Positions 10,437-20,080 are shown, counted from the stretch's first letter. The stretch: DNA of 64,000 nucleotides from a virus (IMGVR_UViG_3300018890_000001:64628-128627), one strand, 5' to 3'. The notes: generated from the sequence alone by a model not told the origin. Program-made: numbers and translations.

Positions 10437-10482
10437 AAAAAAGTGGGCGATCGAATTAATATATTCGATCACCCACTTTTTT
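10437..10482. terminator. HIP1-armed palindrome H4
   Basis: A6-GTGGGCGATCGAAT..ATTCGATCACCCAC-T6. Confidence 0.85.
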
Positions 10483-10738
10483 AATTAAACCAAACCCATT
10501 CAACATCTACACAATCTTCACCAAGATTGCGAATCGCATTCCAAGGATAAAACTCTGGTTCTGGAAAATCACCCACGTCAAAACAACCTTCAGCAAAAGA
10601 TAGTTGTTCGCGTTCAAAGAACGCATCAGCAACCGCAATTTCATCGGCATCAAGACCGGAGGCGTCACCGTATACAAAATAATACAGCGCCCACTGCGGT
10701 AGTCTATATTTTTTGGATTCGCGTGTTTGTGTTTCCAC
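10481..10738 (-). CDS. small acidic phage protein
   Basis: LPQWALYYFVYGDASGL motif, Asp/Glu-rich. Confidence 0.65.
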   Translation of the reverse strand: METQTRESKKYRLPQWALYYFVYGDASGLDADEIAVADAFFEREQLSFAEGCFDVGDFPEPEFYPWNAIRNLGEDCVDVEWVWFN

Positions 10739-10795
10739 TATTCTTAAGATTGATTGGATAATTTAATTATATTAAATGACGAATAATAAGTAAAG

Positions 10796-10837
10796 AAAAA
10801 GCGGGCGATCGAATTAATATATTCGATCGCCCGCTTA
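10796..10837. terminator. HIP1-armed palindrome H5
   Basis: A5-GCGGGCGATCGAAT..ATTCGATCGCCCGC-TT. Confidence 0.85.
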
Positions 10838-10840
10838 AAA

Positions 10841-11056
10841 TTAGGAATTTCTACTTTGATGTGTCGATTTTACCTGTATGTCAGGGTAGCCGATTTCACG
10901 CAACTTCTGTTTTATGTAACCTACGTTTGTTGGATGGTACACATAAACCGTACCACTACCACCAACATGATAAGCCCAACGTGTAAGCCACTGAGACACG
11001 GTAGTCTCCAGCAGCCCAGGATCGTTGTATAAATTTCGTAAAGAAGATTTAGGCAT
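10841..11056 (-). CDS. hypothetical protein
   Basis: Own promoter (TAAGAT-N6-GTAGT) and downstream hairpin. Confidence 0.65.
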   Translation of the reverse strand: MPKSSLRNLYNDPGLLETTVSQWLTRWAYHVGGSGTVYVYHPTNVGYIKQKLREIGYPDIQVKSTHQSRNS

Positions 11057-11124
11057 TAGTTTCTTTGATCACTACTATATTATCTTACTACAAAATTAGT
11101 CAAAAGACAAAAGATTACTCAAAC

Positions 11125-11417
11125 AAAAAGCCCTCAATGTTTGGTGTTAATAAACATTGAAGGCTTTGGCTCTACTTGCAAGTCTTGCGACTGCGCGTCT
11201 GCTACACAAAGCTAGCGTGACCACTTTAAACGGCTTGCGTACCTAGTAGATTTAGGCGGATTTGCTCTTTCTTTCACTTGGCTCGCGGGTGTCCGCCGCG
11301 TAGAGTATCTGTTGTTCTGTCTAGCATTCCGACAGAACCGTAAACGACACTTGAATTTTTTCACTTAACTTTGTAAACTGTTTATATCTTTCGATAAAGA
11401 TGGTTAACCTTTTGTAT
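11125..11417 (-). ncRNA. candidate structured non-coding RNA (~290 nt)
   Basis: Consensus promoter upstream, terminator at 11125-11167, several stems, GAAA and GCAA tetraloops on the minus strand, no ORF of 60 aa or more. Confidence 0.55.
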
Positions 11418-11423
11418 ATATTT

Positions 11424-11452
11424 AATATACCAATTTATACTATGTTTGTCAA
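11424..11452 (-). promoter_or_regulatory. sigma70-type promoter TTGACA-N17-TATATT
   Basis: tgtcaa at 11447-11452 and aatata at 11424-11429 on the plus strand. Confidence 0.8.
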
Positions 11453-11500
11453 GCTTTTTACTCCTAAAAAGCAAAATAGGTTAAAGCATATCGCCGCATA

Positions 11501-11725
11501 TCAAATAATTGCGCTTATATAACGAGGTATGCGTTCCAGTGGTCTACTATCACCGCAAACAAAGCTGCCGTTATCGAGAAAACCTTCAAAATAATCTGGT
11601 ACTACGAATTTAGTGATGCGTCCGCGATGAATTACGGTATGACCTTCATGGTAGGTTTCATATTCAAATCGATCGCCCGCAACAAAAAAAGCACTGCGTT
11701 CAGAGTCAAAACTGGTTGGGTTCAT
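11501..11725 (-). CDS. hypothetical protein
   Basis: 74-aa ORF with beta-strand pattern. Confidence 0.5.
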   Translation of the reverse strand: MNPTSFDSERSAFFVAGDRFEYETYHEGHTVIHRGRITKFVVPDYFEGFLDNGSFVCGDSRPLERIPRYISAII

Positions 11726-11934
11726 GGAGGTTTACCTGGAAACTACCCTGCCAAAGTAGCACGATCCAGGTCGAAAATCCCTAAGCTTGACCAGGAAATG
11801 GTCAACAAAATGTTAGCTAATTTGTCTTTTTAAAGCTTGTAGATTAGAATTAAAGCAATAATTCTTTCAAAGATAACCCCAAAAAGGAGTCTCAACGCTT
11901 AACCAAGCGCGGAGGCTCCTTTTTTGATTTATAT

Positions 11935-12882
11935 ATGTCAAAAAACGAATCTGAATCTGCGGGCTTCGCTCCCGAAACTCCGACTGCACCTCAAGTTACC
12001 GGAATCGCTATCGAAGATGTCAAGCTGAATACTGTACCGTTTTCGGAACTCGGGGAGAACTTACCGACCGGAGTATTCCACGAAGGTGAGCGACTGCATT
12101 CTTACACGCTTGCGCCGTTCACCGGTGATCTTGAAGTACAGCTCGAAGAACTCTTCAACTCGAAAAAACAGGGTGTAGACAAGGTGTATTCAACCTTGCG
12201 CCACTTTTTGCCAAATGCCATCCGCGATATTGGCGGCATTCCCCTGCATAAACTCGACACAGATCCGCGACGCCTGATCGACCGCATGGACTTAGGCGAC
12301 GTGTTTTCTGTGGTGCTCAGTCTCCGCTGCAACTACCACGGGAAAGGCGATATCGCAATTAGCGGTCAGTGTCCGAACTGCAATACCAAAAATGCAGATC
12401 AAGGTGATTACAGCCAGCCGTACCATGATCTCGGTACAGTAGATGTCAAGTGTTACCAGCACTTACCGCAGGAACCGCTGTTCGATATCCCGCTGGAAGA
12501 TGGGTTCAGCGTAACCGGCGAACGCATTAGCAAATTAAGGATGCGACCGCTGCGGTTTCACCAGTTGAAGGTGATGGGAGATCCCAATAGCGGTAAATTC
12601 CCAAACTTGAACATGATTTCGGCACTGATGTACTCATTCCCAGAATCGACTTCGTATCGGGAACCTAAAGGCGACTTTTTCGATAAAAATCTGTACGCTC
12701 GGATGATCGGTTCGCCACGCGACAAGAAAACTGTATTCGATGCCTTAGAAAAACTGCAACCAGGTCCAGTCATGTCGATCGACATGGACTGCATCAACTG
12801 TTCCTATCAGTGGAAGGAGGGTATACCGTGGGGACAACTCCCATCCTTTCTATATGGGCCTCTTGCTCCCATTAGATCCTGA
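11935..12882 (+). CDS. baseplate hub assembly chaperone (T4 gp26-like)
   Basis: Two CxxC pairs (CPNC, CINC), GD...V..LR..YHG and a C-terminal IPW...FLY pattern. Confidence 0.6.
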   Translation: MSKNESESAGFAPETPTAPQVTGIAIEDVKLNTVPFSELGENLPTGVFHEGERLHSYTLAPFTGDLEVQLEELFNSKKQGVDKVYSTLRHFLPNAIRDIGGIPLHKLDTDPRRLIDRMDLGDVFSVVLSLRCNYHGKGDIAISGQCPNCNTKNADQGDYSQPYHDLGTVDVKCYQHLPQEPLFDIPLEDGFSVTGERISKLRMRPLRFHQLKVMGDPNSGKFPNLNMISALMYSFPESTSYREPKGDFFDKNLYARMIGSPRDKKTVFDALEKLQPGPVMSIDMDCINCSYQWKEGIPWGQLPSFLYGPLAPIRS

Positions 12883-13078
12883 TAGCGTTCAAATGCAGCG
12901 CCAGTACCGCGAAGATAGTATTTTTTTCCTGTGTACTGGCGAACAAGCCCCATTTAGTTCTCGTGAAGAAGTGCTGCGGATGCCGGTGTCTACGCGAAAC
13001 TATTATGTAAAAAAGCTGGCTGATACTTACGAACGCCAGCGCCAAGAAATGGAAAAAAGTTCTTCAAGGAAGCGCTAA
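12854..13078 (+). CDS. baseplate/tail assembly chaperone (T4 gp51-like)
   Basis: IFFL...EEVLRMPVSTRNYYVKKL motif directly after the gp26-like gene. Confidence 0.55.
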   Translation: MGLLLPLDPDSVQMQRQYREDSIFFLCTGEQAPFSSREEVLRMPVSTRNYYVKKLADTYERQRQEMEKSSSRKR

Positions 13079-13081
13079 TCG

Positions 13082-13528
13082 GTGGCAGCACAACAAATCC
13101 TGGGTATTGTCTCAAAAAACCCCAAAGAGGCGATCGTACACAATATATGGATCGCCATTCTTCCCAAGATAAAACTCTGGCTTGAAGCTTCAGGCAAACA
13201 CAAACAGAAAATCAAGCTCGAACTGATTTTTAAAGTTGAGGAGATGACAACTTTTTCACTACTTTCAGAAGTCAGCCAGCATGACGAATTCAGGGTCGGA
13301 CAATTTGTTGAGATCGATAATATCAACCGACGCTCTGGCGTAGAGCAGCAGAGTTTAACTCAGCGCGTCCTTCATGCAGAGAAGGCAATCAAGCCGATCC
13401 TTTTGGATGCACTTGCTAGTAAGCGATCGCCCAAGCATATCTCGAAAGTGAGGATCGTGATAAGTACCGGAGTCTGTCGCTGGGTCGAAAAGATTTCTGG
13501 GGTCGAAGCTGCGTCAGTTGATAACTGA
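13082..13528 (+). CDS. hypothetical protein
   Basis: 148-aa ORF in operon. Confidence 0.55.
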   Translation: MAAQQILGIVSKNPKEAIVHNIWIAILPKIKLWLEASGKHKQKIKLELIFKVEEMTTFSLLSEVSQHDEFRVGQFVEIDNINRRSGVEQQSLTQRVLHAEKAIKPILLDALASKRSPKHISKVRIVISTGVCRWVEKISGVEAASVDN

Positions 13529-13566
13529 GTAACGCAATACGAATGGTAATTTGAATTTTAGGTTTT

Positions 13567-14193
13567 ATGAGTGATCGGGATGAAAAACTAAAAAAAAATA
13601 ATAGCAAGCTCTCAACAACGCAACTTAGTTTACAGCAACAGCGATTTTGTGAAGAGTACATATTAGATCTCAATGCTGGCGAAGCGTACATTAGGGCTGG
13701 CTATAAAGTTAAGAGTCAACGAAGTGCTAACTCAGCAGCATCACGCCTTTTGGGGAATGTGAACATCCAAAAAGAAGTCGATCGCCTGCGAAAAGAGCGC
13801 GGTAGGGAGACGGCGATCGATTCTAGTCGAGTGCTAGCAGAATTGGGAATAATCGGACTCTCTAATATTCTCGATTACATCAAGTACGAAAACGGAGTTT
13901 ACACCGTAAAACCTTCGAGCGAATGGGAACACCCGCAAGCTGTCGCTGAGTTCAGCACCACGACATTCAAGGGGGAGACCAAGGTATCGTTCAAGCTTCA
14001 CAACAAGATTGAAGCGATTAAAATGCTAGCCACTCACGCCGGATTGCTTAGCGATTTAAACACAGCACTCAACGTTCTGAGGCGTTATGGGTACGAAGTT
14101 GAGGAAACAGAAGAAGGCTTGTTCTGTCGAGACACTTATCTCAGCGATCGCATTCAAATCGAACAAATTTCCGCAGCAGTCGATAATAATTGA
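13567..14193 (+). CDS. terS: terminase small subunit
   Basis: QQRFCEEYILDLNAGEAYIRAGY...ASRLL.NV.I; KLHNKIEA (Terminase_2 family). Confidence 0.9.
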   Translation: MSDRDEKLKKNNSKLSTTQLSLQQQRFCEEYILDLNAGEAYIRAGYKVKSQRSANSAASRLLGNVNIQKEVDRLRKERGRETAIDSSRVLAELGIIGLSNILDYIKYENGVYTVKPSSEWEHPQAVAEFSTTTFKGETKVSFKLHNKIEAIKMLATHAGLLSDLNTALNVLRRYGYEVEETEEGLFCRDTYLSDRIQIEQISAAVDNN

Positions 14194-14202
14194 CACCCAA
14201 CT

Positions 14203-15024
14203 ATGTACATTAATGCTAAACGAAGAACAATTATCAAAACCAAACAAGTAGATTCAGCGACACTGCGCACTGACGAATTTGTTTGGATCGATCAAGCGAA
14301 AAAAGTACGGATTGAAAGTATCAGTAACGAAACAGCGCAACACCGATTTGTGGTAATGGTGACGGCGATCGACGGTATAAAAGAAGGTTTTATCTACAGC
14401 CCGCACTGGGAATTTTTCAATCCAACACCCAAAGGTGACGTTCTGTTAAATGTTCCTTATTTTTCACAGCTCGATAACTCAACCGCGTACCACGGCCCTG
14501 GTTCCAGACAGTGTAATTTAACATCGAACGCGATGGCCGCCGAGTTTATCCTCAAAGATCGATCGATGCAAACCCTCAGCACGATCGCCAACCAGAAAGG
14601 TTTAGGCGAACCCGAATCTGCATACGGGGCGATCGTCAATCTTTACGGAGACACTACAGATCATAACGCTAACTCTAGCGCGCTGAGCAGTTTAGGACTC
14701 GACAGTTACTGGAGTACAGAGCTTGAGATTGGGGATATCGTCGCTAGTATCAACAAGCGACTTCCGATGCCGATCGGGATGCATTACAAGGAAAGCGGTC
14801 ACATCGTTTGTGCTGTCGGGTACAATCTAGATCGTGAAATTATCTATATCAACGATCCTTACGGTGCTCGGGCAGGCAGTCAAAATTACTACGCCGTAAT
14901 CGGTAACGGCGCTGGTAAATTCGACACTTATACGTTCGCGACGATGCGAAAACTCTGGGCAGACCCGCGCGACGGTTGGGGGCGGATGTTCAGGGCCGTT
15001 GGTAAAGTCAAAACCGGGTTGTAG
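14203..15024 (+). CDS. C39-like cysteine peptidase (probable cell-wall hydrolase)
   Basis: LNVPYFSQLDN, QCNLTS (Cys), GHIVCAVGY (His), INDPYG. Confidence 0.85.
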   Translation: MYINAKRRTIIKTKQVDSATLRTDEFVWIDQAKKVRIESISNETAQHRFVVMVTAIDGIKEGFIYSPHWEFFNPTPKGDVLLNVPYFSQLDNSTAYHGPGSRQCNLTSNAMAAEFILKDRSMQTLSTIANQKGLGEPESAYGAIVNLYGDTTDHNANSSALSSLGLDSYWSTELEIGDIVASINKRLPMPIGMHYKESGHIVCAVGYNLDREIIYINDPYGARAGSQNYYAVIGNGAGKFDTYTFATMRKLWADPRDGWGRMFRAVGKVKTGL

Positions 15025-15089
15025 GGATCTAAACAAAGAAAGGGGGGCTATCGGATTATTCCGATAGCCCCCTCTTTTCTTGTATTGGA

Positions 15090-15437
15090 TTAGCAAACTT
15101 CGGTTAACACGTTCGACTGCTTTGTCCCGTAATCGATATTGCGCTTCCACGAGATATGCTTGAAGCGGAGTTCATCTTTCAAGAGTTGCTCTAGATTTTT
15201 GACCACTGCACTATAGTGTTTGGCGCGATTGTAGTGAACAACAAGATTACTCTTGTCGTAACCACCTTGCGACACATCAGTCCCATAGTTGATCGAGTAC
15301 CCAGGTAAGCTACCATAGTAGCGTGTGAAAGTGTCAAAGATATTTTCGGAAACGCCGTCGCGAAAAATACATTCGATCAAACAGCAAGCTTCGTTAATTA
15401 CAACCAATACTTCATTGTTTGGAGTTCTGCTATTCAT
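15090..15437 (-). CDS. hypothetical protein
   Basis: Own promoter TTGATA-N17-TAAAGT-N6-GTAGT; hairpin at 15035-15080. Confidence 0.7.
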   Translation of the reverse strand: MNSRTPNNEVLVVINEACCLIECIFRDGVSENIFDTFTRYYGSLPGYSINYGTDVSQGGYDKSNLVVHYNRAKHYSAVVKNLEQLLKDELRFKHISWKRNIDYGTKQSNVLTEVC

Positions 15438-15541
15438 TAGGTTTCAAAAATTTCCTTAACTACATCATCACTTTACAACTAATATAGTTAAATATCAAGT
15501 AGTTCGTGCAAAATATACGATCGATTCCGATCGCCCGCGTT

Positions 15542-16342
15542 TCACTTCGCCATTACACCATCAAACTTTTTAACAGCTTCCCAAAATTCATGCCAACCGT
15601 TTAAACCACCATTAACTAAGCGGCGTACCTGTTCCCAGTCGTGTTTGTTGGCTGCTTCTGATATTCGACGATCGAAAAAATATTCAGCTAAGATTTCAGA
15701 CGCGACATCCGCTTGCAAAGCTAAATCTGGATTTTCCAGCAGCGGTACACCAAGTTTTTTACCGTAATATTGATAGTTGGCGCGACCCGTAATTTGCACG
15801 AAACCGCGTCCTTTGTAGCGAGCACCGTCTCCGGGTTGGTTGTTCCCGAGGTCTTCGCGGTCTTCGTAGTTTTGAGTGAAATACCGATCGCCACCATATT
15901 CTGGAATCGGTGAAAAACCACCAGTCTCAACCTTAATAGTCGCAAGTGTCGCCACCAAGCAGAGTCGGTTAAGGATTTTACGCTTGGCTAACGCTTCGGT
16001 GATAGATTTCAGATTTTTAACAGCATCTTCTAATTTGCAATTCATTATCGCAGCAGCGACTTCTGGTAAAACAGCTTCCCGCAGGCGATCGAATCCTGGC
16101 AGCGTCTTCGCTTCGATTAAATCTTCAGCGACTTCTGGTGTAAGTCGATCGCCCGGATAGTTGAACCCTTTGGTGAACCGCTTGTACGCGGCTAGAGAAA
16201 GCGGTCCCCACAAACCGTCAACCTTGACAGATAAACCCAATGTATTGAGTCGCGTTTGTACTTGAAATGCCAGCGGGCGATCGAGCTTCAATTCTTCTAA
16301 ATCAACTGTGATGTTGTCACCGTAAATATCTTGCAACTTCAT
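15542..16342 (-). CDS. endolysin: peptidoglycan-binding domain plus glycoside hydrolase family 19
   Basis: VDGLWGPLS (PG-binding); LGNNQPGDGARYKGRGFVQITGRANY and VNGGLNG (GH19); likely start MKLQDIY. Confidence 0.9.
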   Translation of the reverse strand: MKLQDIYGDNITVDLEELKLDRPLAFQVQTRLNTLGLSVKVDGLWGPLSLAAYKRFTKGFNYPGDRLTPEVAEDLIEAKTLPGFDRLREAVLPEVAAAIMNCKLEDAVKNLKSITEALAKRKILNRLCLVATLATIKVETGGFSPIPEYGGDRYFTQNYEDREDLGNNQPGDGARYKGRGFVQITGRANYQYYGKKLGVPLLENPDLALQADVASEILAEYFFDRRISEAANKHDWEQVRRLVNGGLNGWHEFWEAVKKFDGVMAK

Positions 16343-16346
16343 AAGT

Positions 16347-18062
16347 TTAAGGTGTGGGTGCTGGAGTAGGAACTGGTACGCTTGCTGCATCAGGCGCTCC
16401 CGGCGGCGGTGTCGCAACCGCAGATTTTTTAGTGTATTCCCCAAAACTTCCCCAGGCAGCGTAGCCAGTTAGACCGTTACCGTTCTGGTTGAGGTGATTG
16501 AAAAAATCTTCGCGAGTTTGATAGGGACCGCCGTTCTTGAGGTTTCGGACTTGAGATTCAGTTGTCAGATTGAAGGCTTTTTTGATGTCGTCGTCTTTAC
16601 CGTCTTTAATTGTGTCGTTGAGCTTCTTGAGCATTTCAGCCTGATCTTTCTCAACGGCTTGGGCAGTGCCGACCCCACCGGCTTGTCGCATTGTCAATCC
16701 GCACTTACCTACGTTTTGTAGGCGTTCTGTCGCCGTGCGGTTGGTGTCTTTGAATACGTCATCTTTACCGTCGAGCTTCCCGCCCTGAATCGAAGCCGCA
16801 ATCAAATCGTAGTCGATTTTAAGTTGGGGAAAAATCTCTTGAAACCTCGGTGGCAGTCGGGACGGATCACCCGAGATTAAAGCTTCAGCAACTATCCGGT
16901 CTTCTTGATTTACACCACCCTCTTTCTGGGCAAGAATTGTAGCGACATCTTCTTTAATTTTATCTTGCAGTTCCTTTGCTTTTAATGTGCTGTCGGGAAT
17001 CATACCGGCGATCGCCATTTGGATGCGCGTATTCGGATCTAGTTTTAACAGTGCTTCTTTGTCGGAAAGTCCTTTACTGCCCTGTGGCGCACCCTCTCCA
17101 AAAGTCTCGTTGAGAATCCCTTCTAAATTTTGCTTTCCTTCTGAACCAAGGCAATCACCCAGAATAGCTTTCGCTTTTTCAACTAATGCTTCTCGCGATC
17201 GTTCGGCGCTTGTCTGTTTGGATGTATCGTCACCCAGTGGAGTAGAAGTCAGGGGTGGTGCTAGCATATTTGGCGAACCCCTACCACCAAGCATCTTGAA
17301 ATTAAGATCAACTTGGCAGTAGTGATAACCTTTGTCGCCGACAAGTGGGTGATCGTATTGAGCGGAGATGCTCGTACAAGCGCACGGAGCCATAATTTTA
17401 TCTCCCTGCTGCACGTACAAGAGCGGTGGTGTGTAGACGTTCTTGCTTTCTTGGCGATCGCTTAGTTCGTGCATTTGATATAACTGCTCGACTAAGTGGG
17501 AAACGTCGTGCTGCTTGTCATAAAAAGTGACTGAAAATCGAAACGTGCGCGCACCGATTGATTTAAAGTTTTGCCCACCTCGGATGTGGTCGCCGTCTTG
17601 ATCGCTCCATTCAGCAGATTGTTCATCAGAAATTTGCGACACGGCAACGCCTAAAAACGAATTACCAGGCTGTTTCACGTCGAGAACTTTTCCAGATAAC
17701 TTGCCGTTAAGAAATCGGATCGAAACAGGCGACGCTGCCGGTTGGATCTTGGCATCGCGCTGCTGCTTGGAAATTGGAGACGGTGGATAATTGACGCTTG
17801 GCTGGGAGTTACTGGCAGCAGCAGGTTTGGTGTCGGGTTTGGCATCGGTGGCTCCGGCTGGTTTCTTAGCCGCGTCTTCGGCTTTGGTGTCGCCACCAAA
17901 CAATTTAGTGAAAAAATCTAATGGACTTGACGGTGCTGGCGCTGGCGCTGGCGAAACTGCGGGAGTCGCTGCTGGGGTCGCCGTCGGCGCAGGACTTGCC
18001 GCAGGCGCTGGTGCAGCAGTCGGAGTCGCGGCTGTCGGTTTAATCGGTTTGGTTTCAGGCAT
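16347..18062 (-). CDS. contractile-tail tube initiator/gpU-like protein with Pro/Ala-rich ends
   Basis: RTFRFSVTFYD...PPLLYVQQGD..CACTSISAQYD resembles the CIS tube/gpU domain. Confidence 0.55.
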   Translation of the reverse strand: MPETKPIKPTAATPTAAPAPAASPAPTATPAATPAVSPAPAPAPSSPLDFFTKLFGGDTKAEDAAKKPAGATDAKPDTKPAAASNSQPSVNYPPSPISKQQRDAKIQPAASPVSIRFLNGKLSGKVLDVKQPGNSFLGVAVSQISDEQSAEWSDQDGDHIRGGQNFKSIGARTFRFSVTFYDKQHDVSHLVEQLYQMHELSDRQESKNVYTPPLLYVQQGDKIMAPCACTSISAQYDHPLVGDKGYHYCQVDLNFKMLGGRGSPNMLAPPLTSTPLGDDTSKQTSAERSREALVEKAKAILGDCLGSEGKQNLEGILNETFGEGAPQGSKGLSDKEALLKLDPNTRIQMAIAGMIPDSTLKAKELQDKIKEDVATILAQKEGGVNQEDRIVAEALISGDPSRLPPRFQEIFPQLKIDYDLIAASIQGGKLDGKDDVFKDTNRTATERLQNVGKCGLTMRQAGGVGTAQAVEKDQAEMLKKLNDTIKDGKDDDIKKAFNLTTESQVRNLKNGGPYQTREDFFNHLNQNGNGLTGYAAWGSFGEYTKKSAVATPPPGAPDAASVPVPTPAPTP

Positions 18063-18143
18063 TAGATAGACACAAAAAAGCGCCTTCTGGGTAGAAAGCG
18101 CTTGGTGAAAGTTAGCAGTATTTGATTGGGAGATATTCGTATC

Positions 18144-18722
18144 TTAGGCGATCGCCACCTTCAAGTCTAAACTCAACTGTCCTACTGCGGTCACGGTCGA
18201 AATATAAGCGTCGATAAATTCTTGAGCGTCTGCGATTCCGGCATTTTCTAGTTCGCAAGCGTCAATTTCGCAAAAACGAGTCCAACCGTCCCTCGTTTGA
18301 AAGCAAGGTCCATCAGGTTGTGAAACCAATATTTCTCCACCTTCTAGACTCTGCAAGATTTGGAAGCCTTTATAGGTGCCGAGTAACTCCCAGTAAAATC
18401 CCAACCCGTCTTCGTCAAGAGCGTCAATCTTGTTGTTCAACTCAACGCATTCTTCAGTATCAACAAGTTCGCCGCACGATATGTCGGCAATCATTTTTCT
18501 GTATTTTTGGAGTTTCAGATCGTTGGGGAACGGTTTACCTTTTTTGGTGGCGACGGAAAGTCTGGCAAGTTTAGACATTCGCAGTACCTTAGCAATACCT
18601 TGTTTCGTGTTGGTATCCACTTCAAAATCTCCAAAATACTCCGTCATATCGAAATACGATTCTGTAGCTTGAATCAGAGGTACTGTTTGAAACCATTCGG
18701 GACGTTTTTCTAATCGATTCAT
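18144..18722 (-). CDS. hypothetical protein
   Basis: 192 aa, AGGAG RBS. Confidence 0.7.
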   Translation of the reverse strand: MNRLEKRPEWFQTVPLIQATESYFDMTEYFGDFEVDTNTKQGIAKVLRMSKLARLSVATKKGKPFPNDLKLQKYRKMIADISCGELVDTEECVELNNKIDALDEDGLGFYWELLGTYKGFQILQSLEGGEILVSQPDGPCFQTRDGWTRFCEIDACELENAGIADAQEFIDAYISTVTAVGQLSLDLKVAIA

Positions 18723-18733
18723 CCTTTTTCTCC

Positions 18734-20080
18734 TTAATTACATTGTTTGTCAATCACCGATGCAATCGCCCGGTAAATTGCTTGCGCGACTTGTACTGCA
18801 ACACCGTTACCGATGCAGCTTGAAGCGATGTCATCCTTATCGCAAAGCTTGTAGTCGTCACCCAATCCTTGCAGTCGTCGCAACATCGGAACGTCAAACT
18901 TGACGATGACGCAGTTATCGATCAGGGCGCGAAATTTCTGATCGACTGTCGCATTCCGCAAGTCCAGATTTTTGCAAAATAAACCGCGCGGATAAACCTT
19001 GGGTGTCAGCGTAACTCCTGGGTGATCGTCCATGCAAACTGTCAGTGTATTATTTCCGGCATTGGCACCGGGGATTAATACCGCACGGAGCTGTGCCGCC
19101 GAAAGTCTTTGTGCAGTTACTGTCGTGCAGGGTTCGTGTCCCTGACGAGCTTCTTTCATGGAGAACTCTTGAGTGGTCGCCATAAAGGCCCTTGGCCAAT
19201 GTGACTCCGAATCGGCAGAGGCGACGAGCGTCCAACAAGGTTCATCCGCTGACTTAACTGTGATGTCTCGCCCGGCGTTTTTTCCGTCGATAATATACTC
19301 AAGTATGCCTTTGAGTTTGTTGCGGGCGATCGCCTCCTTGACTCGCGCAATATGCCATTCGGCTAAACCATTTTCCCGTTTCCCTGCTGGACGCATTTTG
19401 TTTTTGTCCCAAATCTGCCAGGACAGTGCACCATCATCGTTCCAAGATGGTATAAAGCAAGGGCGATCTCCAATCAAATCGGAAACGGCTTCGAGCCAAC
19501 CCACCCAAGGCTTGAGAGTTGGACCGAATAGCGTCGGTTGTGGAAATTCGGCGTGAGTCGGTGGAATGGCTGGCACTTGTCCGATATCAGACCGGATGGC
19601 AACTATATAAAGTCGCTCCCTTGTCTGCGGTGTACCGTAATTGGCCGCGTTGAGGTTGAATTTCTGGACGTTATATCCCAACTTCTGTAACCCATTGAAG
19701 ATTATTCTATAGGATATTGAACCTTCGTAATCGTCAACGTTCTCGATAGCTACTGCTTTGGGACGTAGGTATGCAATGTGTCGGATGGTTGCTTGAGCCG
19801 CAGTGATATCGAGTTCCCCTTCAATTCCTTTTTGCGCTTTAGAGAATTTTGTACAAGGGGGAGATGCCCAAAATAAATCGAGTTTTCCGGGTAGAATCCC
19901 GAACTGCTCTGGATCGACTTCTTGCACTGGGGCGATGATAACGTGATCGCCGTGATTCGGTATGTACATCAACTCAGCTTTTTTGCGATCAAATTCGATC
20001 GCCCGCCGAATTCTCGCCCCCATTTTTTTGAAGGCATAGTCCACTACACCACCGCCGCTAAAGGTTGTTACTACGTTCAA
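18734..20080 (-). CDS. DNA (cytosine-5) methyltransferase
   Basis: FSGGG (motif I), SPPC (IV), ENV (VI), QTRER (VIII), RLQG, IGNGV (X). Confidence 0.93.
   Translation of the reverse strand: MNVVTTFSGGGVVDYAFKKMGARIRRAIEFDRKKAELMYIPNHGDHVIIAPVQEVDPEQFGILPGKLDLFWASPPCTKFSKAQKGIEGELDITAAQATIRHIAYLRPKAVAIENVDDYEGSISYRIIFNGLQKLGYNVQKFNLNAANYGTPQTRERLYIVAIRSDIGQVPAIPPTHAEFPQPTLFGPTLKPWVGWLEAVSDLIGDRPCFIPSWNDDGALSWQIWDKNKMRPAGKRENGLAEWHIARVKEAIARNKLKGILEYIIDGKNAGRDITVKSADEPCWTLVASADSESHWPRAFMATTQEFSMKEARQGHEPCTTVTAQRLSAAQLRAVLIPGANAGNNTLTVCMDDHPGVTLTPKVYPRGLFCKNLDLRNATVDQKFRALIDNCVIVKFDVPMLRRLQGLGDDYKLCDKDDIASSCIGNGVAVQVAQAIYRAIASVIDKQCN

Noticed and set aside
8121-10837. Palindromic repeats as a CRISPR array
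   Set aside because: Spacing is hundreds of bp and irregular, the intervals hold whole genes, and no cas genes are present.
12830-12882. Programmed -1 tail-chaperone frameshift between the two hub chaperone ORFs
   Set aside because: The frames differ by +1, no canonical slippery heptamer is visible, and the second ORF has its own ATGs.
16343-16444. Arg-rich N-terminal extension of the GH19 ORF in the track
   Set aside because: It is an alternate frame of the upstream gene; ATG at 16342 directly follows that gene's stop.
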